Below the pieces are notes generated by a model. The model saw only the letters and a list, made by a program, of their open reading frames with translations. It did not search any database and was not told the origin of the DNA. Shown here piece by piece: positions 34,184-44,128 of a stretch of 44,134 nucleotides of DNA. Made by a program: the position numbers and the translations under genes. Positions within the stretch are counted from its first letter, which is position 1, and every line of letters starts with the position of its first letter. Source of the DNA: Candidatus Eiseniibacteriota bacterium (GTDB taxonomy: Bacteria; Orphanbacterota; Orphanbacteria; Orphanbacterales; Orphanbacteraceae); NCBI GenBank assembly GCA_043809585.1, contig JBDROZ010000066.1, forward strand, positions 1-44,134, in the 5' to 3' direction.

Positions 34184-34694
34184 CCTCTCCCCCGCCGGTG
34201 TCGCCGGCTCCTTCACCATCCGGCCCACCGCCTTTCCACGAGACGAGGAGAAAGAGGCCGACTCCGACGACCACCGCCACGTCCGCCACGTTGAAGACGG
34301 GCCAGCGGAGGTCGCCGAAACCGACGTCGAAGAAATCGACCACCCGGCTCGTTCGGATCCGGTCGATCAGGTTCCCCACGGCGCCGCCGAGCACGAGACC
34401 GAGGGCGATCCGCATCCCCGTGGCCCGGGCCGGATAACGGCGCACGGTCCAGAAGAGAAAGATCACCGCGGCGACGGAGAGGAAGGTGAACAGGGAGCCG
34501 GAATCGCGGAAGAGCCCGAAAGCGCCCCCCGGGTTCTGCACGTGAGTGAACCGGAAGACGTCTCCGACCAAGGGGACCGACTCGCCCCGCGCGAGGGTAC
34601 GCCCCACGATCCACTTCGTCCCCTGATCGGCGGCGACCACCGCCGCCCCGAGGAGGAGGGGCCGCGCCATGGGGAGGTTCGTGGCGTCCCTCAC
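34140..34694 (-). CDS. lspA: Lipoprotein signal peptidase II
   Basis: DQGTK, NPGGAFG, GGAVGNLIDR, VVDF, WPVFNVAD. Confidence 0.93.
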   Translation of the reverse strand: MRDATNLPMARPLLLGAAVVAADQGTKWIVGRTLARGESVPLVGDVFRFTHVQNPGGAFGLFRDSGSLFTFLSVAAVIFLFWTVRRYPARATGMRIALGLVLGGAVGNLIDRIRTSRVVDFFDVGFGDLRWPVFNVADVAVVVGVGLFLLVSWKGGGPDGEGAGDTGGGEDELDRASGVGGGPA

Positions 34695-35065
34695 CGCTTG
34701 GTCTTCTCCTCCAGCTCCTTGCACGCCTGGCAGAGGCGCGCGTGGGGGACGGCTTCGAGGCGGGCGCGGGCGATCACCCCGCCGCACTCCTCGCAATCGC
34801 CGTACTCCCCCCGGTGCAGGCGGTCGAGGGCCTGGTCGATGTGGTACAGGAGCCTCGTGTCCCGGGACGCGAAATGGAAGCTCTTTTCCCGCTCCATGGC
34901 GTCCGTCGCGAGATCGGCCATGTGGAACGAATAGGCGGAGAGATCGCCCGAAGCGTCCCGCTGCGTGGGCCCGGCGGACGCCTCGTGCCGCTCCATGTCG
35001 GCGATGACCTTTCCCCGCTCCTCGAGCAGACGCTCCTCGAAGTGCTTCATTTCCTTCTTGTCCAA
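34691..35065 (-). CDS. TraR/DksA C4-type zinc finger protein
   Basis: TTG start after AGGTGA; HMADLATD, YGDCEECG..I..RLEAVP.ARLCQAC. Confidence 0.88.
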   Translation of the reverse strand: MDKKEMKHFEERLLEERGKVIADMERHEASAGPTQRDASGDLSAYSFHMADLATDAMEREKSFHFASRDTRLLYHIDQALDRLHRGEYGDCEECGGVIARARLEAVPHARLCQACKELEEKTKR

Positions 35066-35073
35066 ACGATCAC

Positions 35074-38000
35074 CTACGCTTTCTGTCCGCCGTGGGCGGC
35101 GGGAGCGACCCGCACGATGGCAATCCTCGTCGGCTCCCCGTTCAGTTCCCAATCCCGGGCGCCGTCCCATTCCGGTTTTCCCCGGTCGAGGGCGTCGGCG
35201 AGCGTGTCCGAACGGATCTGATCGGCGAAACGCAGAACGGACCGGGCGACGAGGTCGCTCCCTTCGAAGACCACCCGGATCCGGTCGACCACGTCGAAGC
35301 CCGATTCTTTTCGCATGAATTGGATCTTGTTGACCATCTCCCGGGCGAAGCCCTCCTCCCGGAGATCGTCGTCGAGTTCGGTATCGAGGAACACCGTGGC
35401 GTTCTCTCCCCGCTCCATCTCGAACGGGCCCGCCCCTCCCTCGGCGATCTCGAGGAGTTCGGGCTCGAGGACGACCGTCTCGCCGTTCACTTCGATCTCG
35501 GCCCGCCCGTTCGCGGACACATTCCGGATCGTCTCGGTGGAAAGCTCCCGGATGGCGTTCCCCACGGCGCCGGCGTTCTTTCCGAACCGAGGGCCGAGCA
35601 CGGAAAAGACGGGCTTCGCCGTGAGAGACGTGTAGGCGTCGCCGTCGGCGGTCACCTCCACCTCCCGAGCGTTCAACTCCTCCCGGATGACGTCCGCGAC
35701 CCGTTCGAGCCGCTCCCGGTCCCTCCCCTCCCCCGCCACGACCGCCACGATGCGGCGGACCGGCTGGCGGGTTTTCAGGGAGACCCGGGTCCGGATCGCC
35801 CGGCCGAGAATGACCACCTCCCGGCCGAGGGCCATGGTCGCCTCGAGTTCTTCGTCGATGACCGACTCGTCCGCGTCCGGGTAGGGGGCGAGGTGCACCG
35901 ACTCGGGTAGGTCGGGAAAGAAGGGGGGCACCAAGGCGCGATACACCTCCTCCGCGAGGAAGGGTGTGACCGGCGCGGCGAGCCTCGCCGTCGTGACGAG
36001 GGACTCGTACAGGGTCTCGAAGGCGGCCCGCTTGTCGGCGTCCATCTCCCCTTTCCAGAACCGTTTCCGGTTTCGCCGGACGTACCAGTTCGAGAGGTCG
36101 TCGAGTACGAACTCCTGGATCGCCCGCGCCCCCCGGGTCAGGTCGTACCGGTCGAAGCACTCCCGGCACTCCTTCGCCGTCGAGTGGAGCCGGGAGCGGA
36201 TCCACCGGTCGAGCTCGCTCCGGTCCTCCTCATTCACCGGCGCCCCGCCCGGCTCGAAGCGGTCGAGGGAGGCGTAGAGAATGAAGAAGGAGAGCGTGTT
36301 CCGGAAAGTGTCCAGGAACTTGTTCCCCGATTCGCGGAGGCCGTCGACGCTGAACTTCCGCGGGAGCCAGAGGGGGGCGGCCCACACGAGGTACCACCGG
36401 ACGGCGTCGGCGCCGTAGTCCCGGAGGATCTCCCATGGGTCGACCACGTTCCCCTTCGACTTCGACATCTTCTTCCCCTCCTCGTCGAGGATGAGGCCGA
36501 TGCCGTAGCAGCTCTTGTAGGACGCGCGGCCCGCCACGTGGGTGGAGATGGCAAGCAGCGAGTGGAACCAGCCGCGGGTCTGCTCCGTCCCTTCGCTGAT
36601 GAAGTCGGCGGGAAACTGGTCGTCGAATTTCTTCTCCTCGTCGAAGGGCCAATGGTACTGGGCGAAGGGCATGCACCCCGAATCGAACCAGACGTCGATC
36701 ACCTCCGGGACGCGCTTCATCTCCCCTTCGCAGCCGAAGCAGCGGAGCACGACGTCGTCCGCCCAGGGGCGATGGAGATCGATCGGCTCCGGGAGGGGCG
36801 ACGTCGAAAGCGCGCGAAGCTCCTCGATGCTCCCGACGCACTTCGTCCCGCCGCACGAGGTGCAGCGCCAGATGTTCAGCGGCGTCCCCCAGAAGCGGTT
36901 CCGCGAAAGGGCCCAGTCCACGTTGTTCTCGAGCCACTTGCCGAACCGGTTCCGGCCGAGCTCGGGCGGGAACCACCGGATGCCGGCGTTCTCCTCGACG
37001 AGCCGGTCCCGGATCGCCGTGGTCCGGATGAACCAGCTTTCCCGGGCGAAATAGAGGAGGGGCGTCGAGCAGCGCCAGCAGTGGGGGTAGCTGTGCTCGA
37101 TCTCGGCCAGATCGAAGAGCAGCCCCCGTTCCCGGAGGTGTTCGATGATCTCCGGGTCCGCCTCCTTCACGGGGCGGCCCTTCCATTCGGTCACGTCGTC
37201 CGTGAAGCGTCCCCCCTCGTCCACCAGGTGGATGACGGGGAGGCCGCGCTCCTGACCGACCCGGTAGTCGTCCTCGCCGTAGGCGGGGGCGATGTGCACG
37301 ATACCGGTCCCTTCGTCCAAGGAGACGAAGTCGCCGCCGATCACGTGCCACGCTTTCTCGTGCTCCGGGGCGTAGGGGAAGAGCCGCTCGTACGGCCGGC
37401 CGACCAGCTCCCGGCCGGGGAAACGGCGGGTCACCTCGGGCGCTCCCTTCGGAAAGACCGCGGGGATCCTGGCCTCGGCGAGAATGAAGGTTTCCCCCTT
37501 CCACGACACCTCGGCGTAGATCTCTTCCGGCGCCACGGCGATCGCGGCGTTCGACGGGAGCGTCCACGGGGTCGTCGTCCAGACGAGGAAGCTCTTCTTC
37601 TCCTCTCCCGGGATCCGCATGCGCACGGTGATCGACGGATCCTTGACGTCCTGGTATCCCTGGGAGACCTCGTGGCTCGAGAGGGGCGTGCCGCACCGGG
37701 GGCAGTAGGGGATCACCTTGTGCCCCTCGTAGATCAATCCGGCGTCCCAGAACTTCTTCAGCACGCTCCAGACCGACTCGATGTAGTCGTTATTACAGGT
37801 GATGTAGGGATCGCTCATGTCGACCCAGTACCCGATCCGGTCGGACATGCGCTCCCACTCTTCCTTGAATCGAAAGACCCGCTCCCGGCACTTCTTGTTG
37901 AACTCGGCGATTCCGTACTCTTCGATCTGCCCCTTGTGGGTGAAGCCGAGTTCCTTCTCGACTTCGATCTCGACGGGAAGACCGTGGGCGTCCCATCCCC

Positions 38001-38256
38001 CCTTCCGGACGACCCGGCAGCCCCTCATGGTCCGGTAGCGGCAGACCAGATCTTTCACGATTCTCGCGGCGGCGTGATGGATGCCGGGCATGGCGTTCGC
38101 CGTCGGCGGGCCCTCGTAGAAGACGAAGATCTCCGCCGCCGGGAGATCGAGGCTCTTTCGGAAGATGTCGTTTTCCTGCCAGAAACGCAGAATCCCGGCC
38201 TCCCGCTGGGGGACCGGCGCCGCGTCAGGCTTGACGAAATGTCGCGTATCGCTCAT
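35074..38256 (-). CDS. ileS: Isoleucine--tRNA ligase (type 2)
   Basis: EGPPTANAMPGIHH, GWDAHGLP, WTTTPWTLP, DWALSRNRFWGTP, KMSKS; no C-terminal Zn finger. Confidence 0.97.
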   Translation of the reverse strand: MSDTRHFVKPDAAPVPQREAGILRFWQENDIFRKSLDLPAAEIFVFYEGPPTANAMPGIHHAAARIVKDLVCRYRTMRGCRVVRKGGWDAHGLPVEIEVEKELGFTHKGQIEEYGIAEFNKKCRERVFRFKEEWERMSDRIGYWVDMSDPYITCNNDYIESVWSVLKKFWDAGLIYEGHKVIPYCPRCGTPLSSHEVSQGYQDVKDPSITVRMRIPGEEKKSFLVWTTTPWTLPSNAAIAVAPEEIYAEVSWKGETFILAEARIPAVFPKGAPEVTRRFPGRELVGRPYERLFPYAPEHEKAWHVIGGDFVSLDEGTGIVHIAPAYGEDDYRVGQERGLPVIHLVDEGGRFTDDVTEWKGRPVKEADPEIIEHLRERGLLFDLAEIEHSYPHCWRCSTPLLYFARESWFIRTTAIRDRLVEENAGIRWFPPELGRNRFGKWLENNVDWALSRNRFWGTPLNIWRCTSCGGTKCVGSIEELRALSTSPLPEPIDLHRPWADDVVLRCFGCEGEMKRVPEVIDVWFDSGCMPFAQYHWPFDEEKKFDDQFPADFISEGTEQTRGWFHSLLAISTHVAGRASYKSCYGIGLILDEEGKKMSKSKGNVVDPWEILRDYGADAVRWYLVWAAPLWLPRKFSVDGLRESGNKFLDTFRNTLSFFILYASLDRFEPGGAPVNEEDRSELDRWIRSRLHSTAKECRECFDRYDLTRGARAIQEFVLDDLSNWYVRRNRKRFWKGEMDADKRAAFETLYESLVTTARLAAPVTPFLAEEVYRALVPPFFPDLPESVHLAPYPDADESVIDEELEATMALGREVVILGRAIRTRVSLKTRQPVRRIVAVVAGEGRDRERLERVADVIREELNAREVEVTADGDAYTSLTAKPVFSVLGPRFGKNAGAVGNAIRELSTETIRNVSANGRAEIEVNGETVVLEPELLEIAEGGAGPFEMERGENATVFLDTELDDDLREEGFAREMVNKIQFMRKESGFDVVDRIRVVFEGSDLVARSVLRFADQIRSDTLADALDRGKPEWDGARDWELNGEPTRIAIVRVAPAAHGGQKA

Positions 38257-38313
38257 CGCGCTCCGTGGGGCTTCCCCCCCGCCCGACCGACCGGCGGGAC
38301 CGTGTGCGGAAGC

Positions 38314-39018
38314 TCAATCGGTTTGCTGGGTGATTCGATGCTCGGAGGTGTCGTCCCCGCTCCCGTCCGCCTCGCCGGGAGAGCCGTCCGCGCTCTCCTC
38401 CCGAGAGGGCGCCGGCCCTTCCCGTTCCACGGTCCGGATGATCTCCTCCGCGGGGGGCTCGAAGGAGGGCACGGGCGAGCGTCCGGCGACGGCCTCGGAG
38501 ACGGAGAGAGGCTCGTCGAAGAGGGCCCGCTGGATCTCCTCGAGCCGGCGCATGTCCTCTTCTCCTTCGTACTCGACGCGCTTCAGGTCGAGCATCTTGA
38601 GCTGGGTCTCGACCATGAGGCGGAATCGGGCGAGAAAATCCCGGCGCTGCTTGGTCAGATCCACCGTGTCCGAGCGCACGCCCTCCAGGATCGCCCGGGC
38701 CGACTGGACGGCGCGCCGGGCCTTCAGGTCCGCGTCCTTGAGGAGGATTTCGACCTCCTGGTCCGCGTTCCGTTTCGTGTCCCGGGCGACCTTTTCCGCC
38801 GTGATGAGGGCGTTCCTGAGCGCCTCCTCGATGCGGCGGTAGTTCTCGAGCTGGACCTCGGCGGTGGCGAACCTGTCCTTCAGGTCCCGGTTTTCCTGGA
38901 GCAGCCCCTCGACCAGGTCGGCGACCATCTCGAGAAACGAGACGACCTCCTGCTCGTCCAGGCCGCGGAGACCCTTGCGGAAAGTCTGCTTTCGGATGTC
39001 GAGGGGAGAGATCTTCAT
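38314..39018 (-). CDS. divIVA: DivIVA domain protein
   Basis: ISPLDIRKQTFRKGLRGLDEQEVVSFL, coiled coil. Confidence 0.9.
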   Translation of the reverse strand: MKISPLDIRKQTFRKGLRGLDEQEVVSFLEMVADLVEGLLQENRDLKDRFATAEVQLENYRRIEEALRNALITAEKVARDTKRNADQEVEILLKDADLKARRAVQSARAILEGVRSDTVDLTKQRRDFLARFRLMVETQLKMLDLKRVEYEGEEDMRRLEEIQRALFDEPLSVSEAVAGRSPVPSFEPPAEEIIRTVEREGPAPSREESADGSPGEADGSGDDTSEHRITQQTD

Positions 39019-39119
39019 GGGACGTTCCCTCCTGCCGGATACGACGTTAAGATGAGAAGAGTAGGATAGTCGATCGGGGCCGTCAGGCCAAGGAAAAACG
39101 GGGCTCCGGGACGCGTCCC

Positions 39120-39713
39120 CTACCCCCCGATGAGGAGGGACCGGATCGCGTTCTTCAGGAACTGGAGCAGGAAGAAGAGGATGATCGGCGACAGGTCGAA
39201 CATGCCCAGCGGCGGGATGATCCCCCGGAAGATGGCGAGCGCGGGCTCCGTGACGTCGTACACGAACCGGGTCACCCGTCCCCCCGCGTTGTAACCGATC
39301 CGGATCCAGGAAAAGATGATCCGGAGCACGAGGAGCGCAACGAAGACCGAGACCGCCCCGTACGCGAGGAACCCGATCGCCGGGATGACCGCCCCCCGGG
39401 AGAGGGCCGCGAAGAAACCCGCGAGAGAACCGAGAACGTCGTCGATCAAAGCGAGACCGAAATACGAAAGGAGAAGGGCCGCCACGATGGCGAGGATCGG
39501 GCCGACGGCGAGGGAGGTCCCCGGCGGCAGGGCCGACTGGATCGGGAGGACGAGCCAGTCCGTGGCACGGCCGAGGCGGAACAAGAGCGAACCGGTGCCG
39601 TAACGGAAGCGGTTCGGGGGAACGGCGATGCGGATCACGAGGAGGGCGATCAGGGCGAACGCCCCGTACTGGACCGCCCCGTGCACGAGAGTGCGGAAAG
39701 CGAGAAAGCTCAT
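39120..39713 (-). CDS. yggT: YggT family membrane protein (two YggT repeats)
   Basis: RIIFSW, VTEP..FRGIIPPLGMFDLSPI; synteny with yggS and divIVA. Confidence 0.88.
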   Translation of the reverse strand: MSFLAFRTLVHGAVQYGAFALIALLVIRIAVPPNRFRYGTGSLLFRLGRATDWLVLPIQSALPPGTSLAVGPILAIVAALLLSYFGLALIDDVLGSLAGFFAALSRGAVIPAIGFLAYGAVSVFVALLVLRIIFSWIRIGYNAGGRVTRFVYDVTEPALAIFRGIIPPLGMFDLSPIILFFLLQFLKNAIRSLLIGG

Positions 39714-39735
39714 CGTTCGTTCCTTCCGTTCCGAA

Positions 39736-40428
39736 TCAAGCGGGGGGCCGGGGCCCGAAGAGGGCGGTTCCGAGCCGCACCATGGTCGCCCCCTCCTCCA
39801 CGGCGATCTCGTAGTCCCCCGTCATCCCCATGGAGAGGTGGCGCATCTCCGTGCCCGCGACCGGCCTCGCGCGGAGCCCCTCGAAGATCTCCCGGAGCTC
39901 CCGGAAGGCGCGGCGGATCCTCTCCGGGTCCTCCGTCAGGGGGCCGATCGTCATGAGGCCGTCGACGGCGATTCCGGGGAGCCGGGCAATCTCCTCGATC
40001 AAGGATCGCACGGCCCCCGGCGCGACCCCCGCTTTCGAATCCTCGCCGGAGACGTTCACCTCCACGAGGACCGGGATCCTCTTCCCCGCCGCTTCGGCCC
40101 TGCGCGAGACGGCCGCGGCGAGCTTCTCCCCGTCGATCGACTGGATCCGGTCGAAGAGGTCCGCCGCCTTGCCCGCCTTGTTTCTCTGGAGGCGGCCGAC
40201 CAGATGGCGCTCCGGGCCCGGGAGGAGGTCCGGCCACTTCGCCTCCGCCTCCTGCACCCGGTTCTCGCCGATCGCCTTCACGCCCGCTTCGATCGCCTCG
40301 TTGATCCGCCCGGCGGGAATCCGCTTCGTGACGGCGACCAGCAGCACCTCATCGGAGCTCCGGCCCGCCCGGCGGGCGGCCGCGGCGATCCTCTCCTCCA
40401 CGCGGGCGATTCTGTCGGGGATGTTCAC
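39736..40428 (-). CDS. yggS: PLP homeostasis protein YggS
   Basis: VAVTK, GENRVQE, GRLQRNK, EVNVSGE.SKAG, GLMT, LSMGMTGDY, MVRLGTALFG. Confidence 0.95.
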   Translation of the reverse strand: MNIPDRIARVEERIAAAARRAGRSSDEVLLVAVTKRIPAGRINEAIEAGVKAIGENRVQEAEAKWPDLLPGPERHLVGRLQRNKAGKAADLFDRIQSIDGEKLAAAVSRRAEAAGKRIPVLVEVNVSGEDSKAGVAPGAVRSLIEEIARLPGIAVDGLMTIGPLTEDPERIRRAFRELREIFEGLRARPVAGTEMRHLSMGMTGDYEIAVEEGATMVRLGTALFGPRPPA

Positions 40429-40615
40429 GGGACCGTCGCCTCCGAGGCGGCAGCGTACCACGAGGAAAAACGGGGAGACAATAACCAATTCGGGGGGCGG
40501 GGGGGGCGGGCGTCACGGATTCCGTCCTTTCCGGGAACCGCCCCCCCCGGGGAGGGGTGACAGGCGCGTACCCATGGAGGAGACAGAGAACCGCTTCTGA
40601 GGTATTCTTGCCGAC

Positions 40616-41881
40616 GTGGACATGACGACCGCCCAACCTCTCGTGCCTGCCGCGTCGGGCCCCGACCTGTACGGGGTCCACCCGTTTCTGGATCCGAAGC
40701 TCCCGAGCCGGCGGCCGGCGATCGCGCGCCTCTGGCTTTCCACCTACCGCAAGATCCTGAAGGACCCCGGTTACTACGCCGCCATGCTCCACGCCTACGC
40801 CCAGCCGGCGGGGCGGGACGCGGACTCGTTCCAGGCCCTCCATCGCTGCTTTCGCGACGCCGACACCTATCTCGACGACCTCCTCCGGCTCGTCCCGGAA
40901 GGGCTCGCCGACCAAATGGCGCCCCAATCCCGGACGCGCCGGACCAACGACACGCGGAAGCTCCTGAAGCTCACCTTCGAGGGCACGGACTCCCGGAGCC
41001 GCTACGAGGCGCAGCGGAAGCTCTACCTCGCGAAGCTCCTCTTCGACGTCGACCACTGCAAGACGGTCCAGGACGGGCCCCGGCACAAGCGGAGCTTCGA
41101 AGCGCTCCTGCAGCAACATCTCTGGCGGGAGCTGGCGGGAGGCCGGAGCATCGAGGTCTGTTGCCGGTTCGACGATCCCGAGGGGAGCGAGGAGAGCGGC
41201 TTCGTGGTCGGCGTCCCCCCCGAGAAGGGGGCGGTCTGCTGGCGCTTCCAGGTGCGGAAGCTCCCGGCGAAGAACGGCGATCCGGAGATCGAGATCTACC
41301 ACTACCGCTCCCGGTTCAAGCGGGAGGCGAATCCGGCGCCGGGGGAGAAGACGGAGAACGGGTTCCTCACGCTCCGGGAGCAGCCCCGGTGGCCCGGCCT
41401 CGGCCGGCGGAGCGGGTCGATCGTGAGCAAGATGCTCCGCCGGGGCATCGGCGATCCGCGCATGGTCCAGGACCTGCTCGGCGCGATGTTCATCGTCGGG
41501 AACCGGCGCCAGGCCTACGCCCTCGAGCGGCGGCTGATCCACACCCTCGGCGGGCCGCTCCGCTGGCGGGACCGGGTCGACACGCTCGCGGGGGAAAAGG
41601 AGAGGGATCGCCTGAACGTGCGGTCCGTGAGCGGCTTCCGGGTGCTCAAGGGGATCGTCGACGTGCTCACCGACGACCCGCCCAATCCCGAGCCGTATTT
41701 CTTCTCCGTGGAGGTGCAGATCTTCCCGCTCGAGAACTACATCCGCACCCTGCACGCCCGGCACTTCGCGAGCCACTACGCCTACAAGAAGCGCCAGTTT
41801 CTTCACGATCTCCTGCCCATGCTCTTCCCGAGCGAGATCTACGGCAAGGAGACCGCCCACCTCGCGGCGGAATCCCGGTAG
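40616..41881 (+). CDS. Divergent RelA/SpoT-like nucleotidyltransferase-domain protein (TIGR04552/TIGR04562-like)
   Basis: SIVSKMLR, QDLLG, SGFR, EVQI, ASHYAYK in RSH synthetase order; high-GC3 ORF. Confidence 0.6.
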   Translation: MDMTTAQPLVPAASGPDLYGVHPFLDPKLPSRRPAIARLWLSTYRKILKDPGYYAAMLHAYAQPAGRDADSFQALHRCFRDADTYLDDLLRLVPEGLADQMAPQSRTRRTNDTRKLLKLTFEGTDSRSRYEAQRKLYLAKLLFDVDHCKTVQDGPRHKRSFEALLQQHLWRELAGGRSIEVCCRFDDPEGSEESGFVVGVPPEKGAVCWRFQVRKLPAKNGDPEIEIYHYRSRFKREANPAPGEKTENGFLTLREQPRWPGLGRRSGSIVSKMLRRGIGDPRMVQDLLGAMFIVGNRRQAYALERRLIHTLGGPLRWRDRVDTLAGEKERDRLNVRSVSGFRVLKGIVDVLTDDPPNPEPYFFSVEVQIFPLENYIRTLHARHFASHYAYKKRQFLHDLLPMLFPSEIYGKETAHLAAESR

Positions 41882-42163
41882 CCTGGATCATGCACAAAAC
41901 TCCTGCTGCGTCCACGGATCGCCGGCTGCGAGGCGGAGCCGCAGTAGGAGCCTGGTGAGAAAGCCGGGCCAGCCTTAATCCGGCAAAAAATCCCGGTGCC
42001 AACCGCTGACGCTCGCGCGATAGCACGCCATCTGCCGCAGTGCTCGCATTCACCAATGCTCACATATCGTTGGATATGCTCCGCTTGGTGAATGCTCCGC
42101 GCTGCAGCATCTGACGCACTCTCGCGCGTCTTCACTCGCGATTTTTTGCCGGATCAAGGCTAG
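41879..42163. mobile_element. Tandem MITE/REP-like palindromic elements between convergent genes
   Basis: 22-bp inverted repeat 41971-41992 / 42140-42161 (1 mismatch); second inverted repeat 41900-41910 / 41940-41950; boundaries GTAG, CCAG, CTAG. Confidence 0.6.
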
Positions 42164-43605
42164 AGTTCCTCCAGCCTCTCCATGTCCCGGTCGATCAGTG
42201 CGGGGGGGAAAACGCCCCCGTCCTCGAAGACGCTCCGGAACTCGCCCAGGGCGAAACTGACGTCCTCGAAACTCCGCGGCACGGGCTGCATGGTCCGCCG
42301 GTCGTCGTCGCCCCCCGTCGAGGCGGTCGCGGTGAGGAGCCGGTCGATCTCCTTCGTCTCCGCCCCCCGGATCACGGCCTGGGCCACGCCGGCGAGCAGC
42401 AGATAGGGGTGGGCCGAACCGTCCGGAAGCCGGAACTCGATGGTCGGCGGGGAGACGAGCCGCCCCTCGGCGGTGACGGCGGAGATCGGGATCCGGATGA
42501 GCGCCCGCCGGTCCGCCTCCCCCCACATCACGGCGTGGGGCGCTTCCTTCCCCTGGGAGAGGCGGGCGAAGGAGCCGCTCGACCGGTTGCCGAAGGCCAT
42601 GAGCGCGGCGCCAAGCTGGACGAGCCCGCCGATCAGCCACTTCGCCGGCTCCTGGAACTCCCGGCCCTCCGGGCGGTGCGCCGCATGCTCCCCGTTCACG
42701 ACGGGCGAGAAGTGGAAGTGGAGGCCGCTCCCGGCGTGCCCCTTCCGCATGATCGGCTCGAAGCTGCACCGCATGCCCCCCCGGTGGGCGAGGTTCCGGA
42801 GCACCCACTGGGCGAGGGCCACCGCCTCCGCCGCCTGGGGGAGCGCCATCAGGGCGAGCTCGATCTCGTGCTGCTCCCAGATCACGTCGTCCGTGTCCCG
42901 GGCACCGATGTAGCCGACCTCGCTGTGGCCGTACTTGATCGGCAGGCCGATCTCGGCGAGCGCCTCGAGGGCATGGCGCCGGTGCCCCTCGCCGAAGACG
43001 AAGGGCGAACTCGCGTGGTACCCCCGGTCGTCGGCGCCGTAGACGTCGTTCTCCTCCGGCTTCTTCCCGAGGAAGTACTCCACCTCGCCGAGGGCCATCA
43101 GGTCGACGCCGGTCTTCTCCTTCAACCTCCGATGGGCGGCCCGGACGATGGTGTCCGGCGATTCGGGCAGGGGTTTCCCGTCTCGCCCGAAGTGGCCGCA
43201 GAGGACGATCAGCGTCGGCAGGGAGGCGAAGGGATCGAGGAAGGCGCTCTCCAGGCGGGGCCGGAGGACGATGTCGGAGCGCCCCACCCCGATCCCGGTC
43301 CCCCGGAAGAGGCTCGAGCCGTCCGCCCGCTCCCCCCCTTCCAGAATGTCCCGGAGGTGGCCGTCGCTCCGGGGGACGAAGTCGAGGGTCTTCAGCCAGC
43401 CGTCGCCGCCGACGTGCATCAGGCTGACGAGGCGGAGGCCCTGCTCCTTGAAGAGGTGGATCAGGTCGTCCACGGTCCATTGGTCCGGGGACTTTCCGAT
43501 GAGGCCGACGAGGCGGGTCGGCGGGAAGGGCTTCGGGTGGGCGCCGGCCGCGGCGCGTCCGTCCCGGGGGGCGTCTCCGCCCGGGTCACGGTGGTTCCGC
43601 TTCAT
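42160..43605 (-). CDS. glnA: Glutamine synthetase family protein
   Basis: GGAGAGG RBS; ADGSSLF, GEVEYF, HSEVG, QHEIE, GHAGSGLHFH, RRALIRIP, IEFRLPDGSAHPYL. Confidence 0.85.
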   Translation of the reverse strand: MKRNHRDPGGDAPRDGRAAAGAHPKPFPPTRLVGLIGKSPDQWTVDDLIHLFKEQGLRLVSLMHVGGDGWLKTLDFVPRSDGHLRDILEGGERADGSSLFRGTGIGVGRSDIVLRPRLESAFLDPFASLPTLIVLCGHFGRDGKPLPESPDTIVRAAHRRLKEKTGVDLMALGEVEYFLGKKPEENDVYGADDRGYHASSPFVFGEGHRRHALEALAEIGLPIKYGHSEVGYIGARDTDDVIWEQHEIELALMALPQAAEAVALAQWVLRNLAHRGGMRCSFEPIMRKGHAGSGLHFHFSPVVNGEHAAHRPEGREFQEPAKWLIGGLVQLGAALMAFGNRSSGSFARLSQGKEAPHAVMWGEADRRALIRIPISAVTAEGRLVSPPTIEFRLPDGSAHPYLLLAGVAQAVIRGAETKEIDRLLTATASTGGDDDRRTMQPVPRSFEDVSFALGEFRSVFEDGGVFPPALIDRDMERLEEL

Positions 43606-43771
43606 GAGGTTCCTCTCCCTCGCTCCGGGTTCGGGCGTTCCCGGAAAGTTTATCAGAAAGAGGGCACGGGGAATACGGGGAGCGTCGGGCTCCCCCTTGC
43701 GGAAATCCCCGATCCGAGCGATACTGTCTACGGATAGGCCAACGGCCTTCCGTCGGTTCACGCATCGAAAA

Positions 43772-44128
43772 GGGGGCGAATGGATTCGACGGGGGCGTAG
43801 TAAGCGATGGCCGCGTGCCGAGGATCTCGTCGACCTCGTAAAAACGGCGGGAAAATTGAATTGCCAACGACAACTTGGCTCTGGCTGCCTAAAAACAGGT
43901 AGTCCGTTCCGTCCGTCTCCCGCCCGTGGGGGATGGTCTGGAGCGTCGATTCTCACGGGCTAGCCTCGAACCTCGCCCGCGGAGAGAGGCGAAATCTCAG
44001 GGCTGGCCTCGCGTCGATCCTGCCGGTCGGAGCTTCGCAGAGGCGAGAATCAAACGACCAGGCTACGCACGTAGACTCCTTCGTCGAACCGTTCTCGGAC
44101 GCGGGTTCGATTCCCGCCGCCTCCACCA
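43772..44128 (+). ncRNA. ssrA: tmRNA; tag peptide (A)ANDNLALAA at 43863-43892
   Basis: 5' GGGGGCG..GGATTCGAC; 3' GGTTCGATTCCCGCCGCCTCCACCA with G3-U acceptor; tag ORF ending ALAA-TAA. Confidence 0.97.

Noticed and set aside
629-43737. Many long antisense or alternate-frame ORFs (e.g. 36184..39069+, 17026..19581+, 30003..32468+, 14131..15771-, 40349..41860-)
   Set aside because: Shadow ORFs of high-GC genes: Arg/Pro/Gly-rich or mirror-codon sequences fully overlapping motif-supported CDSs
43606-43956. N-terminal extension of glutamine synthetase over tmRNA
   Set aside because: Overlaps ssrA on the opposite strand; ATG at 43605 has a good RBS
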